Shown piece after piece: positions 28,386-31,018 of a stretch of DNA of 31,018 bases (position 1 is its first letter; every line of letters starts with the position of its first letter). A program made the position numbers and the translations under genes. Source of the stretch: Acidobacteriota bacterium (GTDB lineage Bacteria > Acidobacteriota > HRBIN11); NCBI GenBank assembly GCA_025061865.1, contig JANXAA010000001.1, positions 1 to 31,018 on the forward strand, in the 5' to 3' direction. Under the pieces are notes generated by a model. It ran no database searches. It saw only the letters and a list, made by a program, of their open reading frames with translations, and was not told where the DNA came from.

Positions 28386-28414
28386 ATTATAGGCCCAGGT
28401 GAGCTCTCTTGGAA
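28386..28414 (-). promoter_or_regulatory. sigma70-type promoter upstream of the fdhD region
   Basis: Minus strand TTCCAA-N17-TATAAT. Confidence 0.55.
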
Positions 28415-28429
28415 ACGGGTGCCTAAAAC

Positions 28430-29779
28430 CTACGAACGGAGGGCCCCCATCGTCAGGACAGCCGCCAAGGCGACCAAGATGGCATTCAGCTCGTAGGTCG
28501 TCGCCAGGCCCCGGGACCGTAAGGTATGTCCCAAGAAGGATTCCCCAAAATTAGCGACGGCTACAGCGAGGACCACCCAAGGCACCCAGGCGACCGGGAA
28601 ACCCCAGAGCACGGCGCCCAGGCCGACGAGGCTGGCCCCGGCGGCCAGTCCGGCGGCCGTCCCGACGACGGAAATGGCGCCCGGCGTGCCGACCGGGACC
28701 GAACGGCCGGCCCACCACAAGAAGGCTGGGCCCCCGAAGCCCTTCCCGACCTCACTGGCGACCGTGTCCATCAGGCCCGCCCCATAGGCTGCCACGAGGC
28801 CGGCGGCGATCCAAGCCCGATCGTCTGCCGGGGCTAAGGCCCACCAGACTGCCAGCAGGGCCGGCAGGCCCGCCTTCACGACGGCGCTGCGCCAGTCCCG
28901 AGGCGACTCGGCCAAGCCGCGGGCGGCTTTCACGTCGCGCGCCCATCGGGTCGCCAGGCTCCCGCCGACAAAGAGGACCAGTAGGAGCAGGTAAGCCCGC
29001 CACCCGCCCGCCAGGAACGTCACGACCCCGATGACCCAGCCGGACCAGAACCCCGAGCCGCTGACCCAGCCGAGGCTCCAGGCCGTGCCGCCGATAATCC
29101 AGTTGAGGCCCAGGCCCAAAAGGATTTGGGCGACCGAGGGCGTCCAGGCCCAGTCGTTCCAGGGGACGTGATAGGCCATGTAGAGCAGGGCCCCGGCACT
29201 CAGGGGAATCGTCAGGTTGTCGTTAAGCCGCAGGTCCAAGGCCTCCAGGCCCGCCGTCAGCAGGCTCACGATCAAGGGGATCCATAGGAAGAAGGCTGCC
29301 CCGTCCTGCAAGGGCAGGCCTGTCGGGACCCGGCCGCCGGTCGTCCACAAAAGCAAGGCCCAGCTTCCTACGAAGGCGCCGCTGACATACGCCAGGCTCC
29401 CCTCGACGGTCTTTTTCGAATGCCACGGCCATCGCACCCGCCCGACCCAGGGTCCTATCAGGCCGGCCAGGCCGTCTCCGAAGGCCATCATCGCCCAAGC
29501 GGCGGCGACGACGTAGGGGTAGGACCCAAAGACCAGGATCAGCAACAGGACCGACAGCGGGTAGGCGATGATCCCGACGGAGGCCTGGCCCGGGGTCTGC
29601 TCGTCGGACCGATAGAGGTAGCGGCCCCACAGCCTCGGCAGGATCCATACGTTATGGGCCAAGGCGGCCAGGGCACACAAGGCCGCCTGCCAGGGCGTCA
29701 GGTATCGGAGCAAGAGGGCAAAGAAGCCCATCGTCATGTGGACCAGCTTGCGCACGACGTCTCGACGACGCTCTGACAT
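28430..29779 (-). CDS. fusion of a phytol/dolichol-kinase-like (CTP-dependent) domain and a DUF92 (TMEM19/VTE6-like) domain, 449 aa
   Basis: ATG 29779 follows GGAGG. N-half: RKLVH, GDGLAGLIG, KKTVEGS, DNLTIP. C-half: G-rich helices, DTVASEVG, PVGTPGAISVVGT, NFGESFLG, N-terminal-like TTYELN ending. Confidence 0.8.
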   Translation of the reverse strand: MSERRRDVVRKLVHMTMGFFALLLRYLTPWQAALCALAALAHNVWILPRLWGRYLYRSDEQTPGQASVGIIAYPLSVLLLILVFGSYPYVVAAAWAMMAFGDGLAGLIGPWVGRVRWPWHSKKTVEGSLAYVSGAFVGSWALLLWTTGGRVPTGLPLQDGAAFFLWIPLIVSLLTAGLEALDLRLNDNLTIPLSAGALLYMAYHVPWNDWAWTPSVAQILLGLGLNWIIGGTAWSLGWVSGSGFWSGWVIGVVTFLAGGWRAYLLLLVLFVGGSLATRWARDVKAARGLAESPRDWRSAVVKAGLPALLAVWWALAPADDRAWIAAGLVAAYGAGLMDTVASEVGKGFGGPAFLWWAGRSVPVGTPGAISVVGTAAGLAAGASLVGLGAVLWGFPVAWVPWVVLAVAVANFGESFLGHTLRSRGLATTYELNAILVALAAVLTMGALRS

Positions 29780-29874
29780 CGGGGGCCCTCCATGTTCCGG
29801 GCCGGGTGACGGGAGTCGGGGCCGGGGGCCGGACTCGGCCTTTTCCCCGGCCCCTGAAGACCCAACATCCGAAT

Positions 29875-30819
29875 TCACTCCCACCGAATCCCCAACAGGT
29901 CTAAGTCCGATGGCCGCTGACGCCACCTCTCCCGGACCCGGACCTGGAGGTCTAAGTATACACGCCGACCTAAGAGGGCCTCGATCTCTTGGCGGGCGCG
30001 GGTCCCGATGCGCTTGAGCATCTGCCCGCCTTGACCGATAAGGATTCCCTTCTGGGAGTCTTTCTCGACCCAGACGTCGGCATAGACGACCAGGACGTGT
30101 CCCTTGTCTTCGACCTGCTGGACGTGGACGGCCGTGCAGTAGGGGACCTCCTGTCGAGTATAATGGAAGATTTTCTCCCGAATGAGTTCGCCGATGAGAA
30201 AGCTCTCGTCGGCGTCGGTCCACTGGCCCGGTGGAAACAGGGGCGGACCTTTCGGGAGGTACTTCAGGATCGTCTGGACGAGGTCCTCGACGTTGGTCCC
30301 CCGTAAGGCCGAGACGGGCACGATCTCCCGGAAGTCCATCCACTGACGGTACCGGTCGATGACCGGCAGGATCTCCTGCTTAGGGACTCGATCAATCTTG
30401 TTAATGATGAGGAAGACAGGCGTCTCGGCCTGGACCTCCCGCAGGAGGTTCAGGATAGGTTCGTGCGGCCGGTACGCCTCCCGCTCGATGTCGATGACCC
30501 ACCCGATGAGGTCCACGTTGCGAAGGCAGGCATAGGCGATTTGGACCATCCGCTTGTTGAGCTCGAAGTGGGGCTCGTGGATCCCAGGTGTGTCCCAAAA
30601 GACGATTTGACCTTCCGGGCGGGTCAGGACGCCCGTGATGCGAGTCCGAGTCGTCTGCGGCTTGGGCGACACGATAGCGACCTTCCGGCCCAGGATACGA
30701 TTCAGGAGGGTCGACTTGCCGACATTCGTCTGACCGACGAGGGAGACGATCCCAGCCCGAAAGCCGGGCGGCGGGGTCCACGTTTCCGGCACCGGAGGTC
30801 GAGATACCTCCTTCTTCAT
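29875..30819 (-). CDS. era: GTPase Era
   Basis: G1 GQTNVGKS, G2 PQTTR, G3 DTPG, G4 NKID, ELIREK...EVPY, KH domain SQKGILIGQGGQMLKRIG. Confidence 0.97.
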   Translation of the reverse strand: MKKEVSRPPVPETWTPPPGFRAGIVSLVGQTNVGKSTLLNRILGRKVAIVSPKPQTTRTRITGVLTRPEGQIVFWDTPGIHEPHFELNKRMVQIAYACLRNVDLIGWVIDIEREAYRPHEPILNLLREVQAETPVFLIINKIDRVPKQEILPVIDRYRQWMDFREIVPVSALRGTNVEDLVQTILKYLPKGPPLFPPGQWTDADESFLIGELIREKIFHYTRQEVPYCTAVHVQQVEDKGHVLVVYADVWVEKDSQKGILIGQGGQMLKRIGTRARQEIEALLGRRVYLDLQVRVRERWRQRPSDLDLLGIRWE

Positions 30820-31018
30820 CGGCATTCCCTTCGAATGGGGCCATTCGGGAGTTCGGGAACTCGGCAGATAGGCCAGATGGGTCTGAGGCGATTCCACGGC
30901 ATGGACGCAAGGTTTTATTCAGGAACCCCTGGGACGAGGTCCCCTCTGGACCCTTCACTCGAGGCCCCCGGTTTTTGCTGTGCCCTTCCCTTTCCTCAAA
31001 GGGTCGGGGAATCCCTAT

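Noticed and set aside
30700-30740. Era G1 variant GQTNVGKS
   Set aside because: The GxxxxGKS consensus is intact; ordinary variation.

Overview
GC-rich window (roughly 65% by eye) from a diderm bacterium, since it encodes an Omp85 barrel protein and RND pumps. About 21 genes are supportable; most of the remaining ORF-track entries are GC-rich shadow frames. Left to right: partial nuoG-type gene (-, missed by the track), ECF sigma factor (+), stand-alone HerA/DUF87-type ATPase (-), small HExxH membrane protein (-), TPR-pseudokinase-kinase (+), thioesterase-DUF502-coaX (+), purH (-), multi-POTRA Omp85 protein (-), glycerate kinase (-), mobA-like gene and HNH nuclease (-), TetR plus two adaptor/RND permease pairs without an outer-membrane factor (+), fdhD (-), a phytol-kinase-like/DUF92 fusion (-) and era (-). 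I found no rRNA, tRNA, CRISPR array, transposase or integrase. Best leads: the TPR-pseudokinase-kinase and its neighbours (orphan HerA, orphan ECF sigma, S2P-like membrane protein); the VTE5/VTE6-like double kinase beside era; a dispersed GGCAGRTAGG motif found only in non-coding DNA or at gene ends; and several structured intergenic elements with competing helices. Many start sites were re-assigned from the ORF track using ribosome-binding sites and are inferences.
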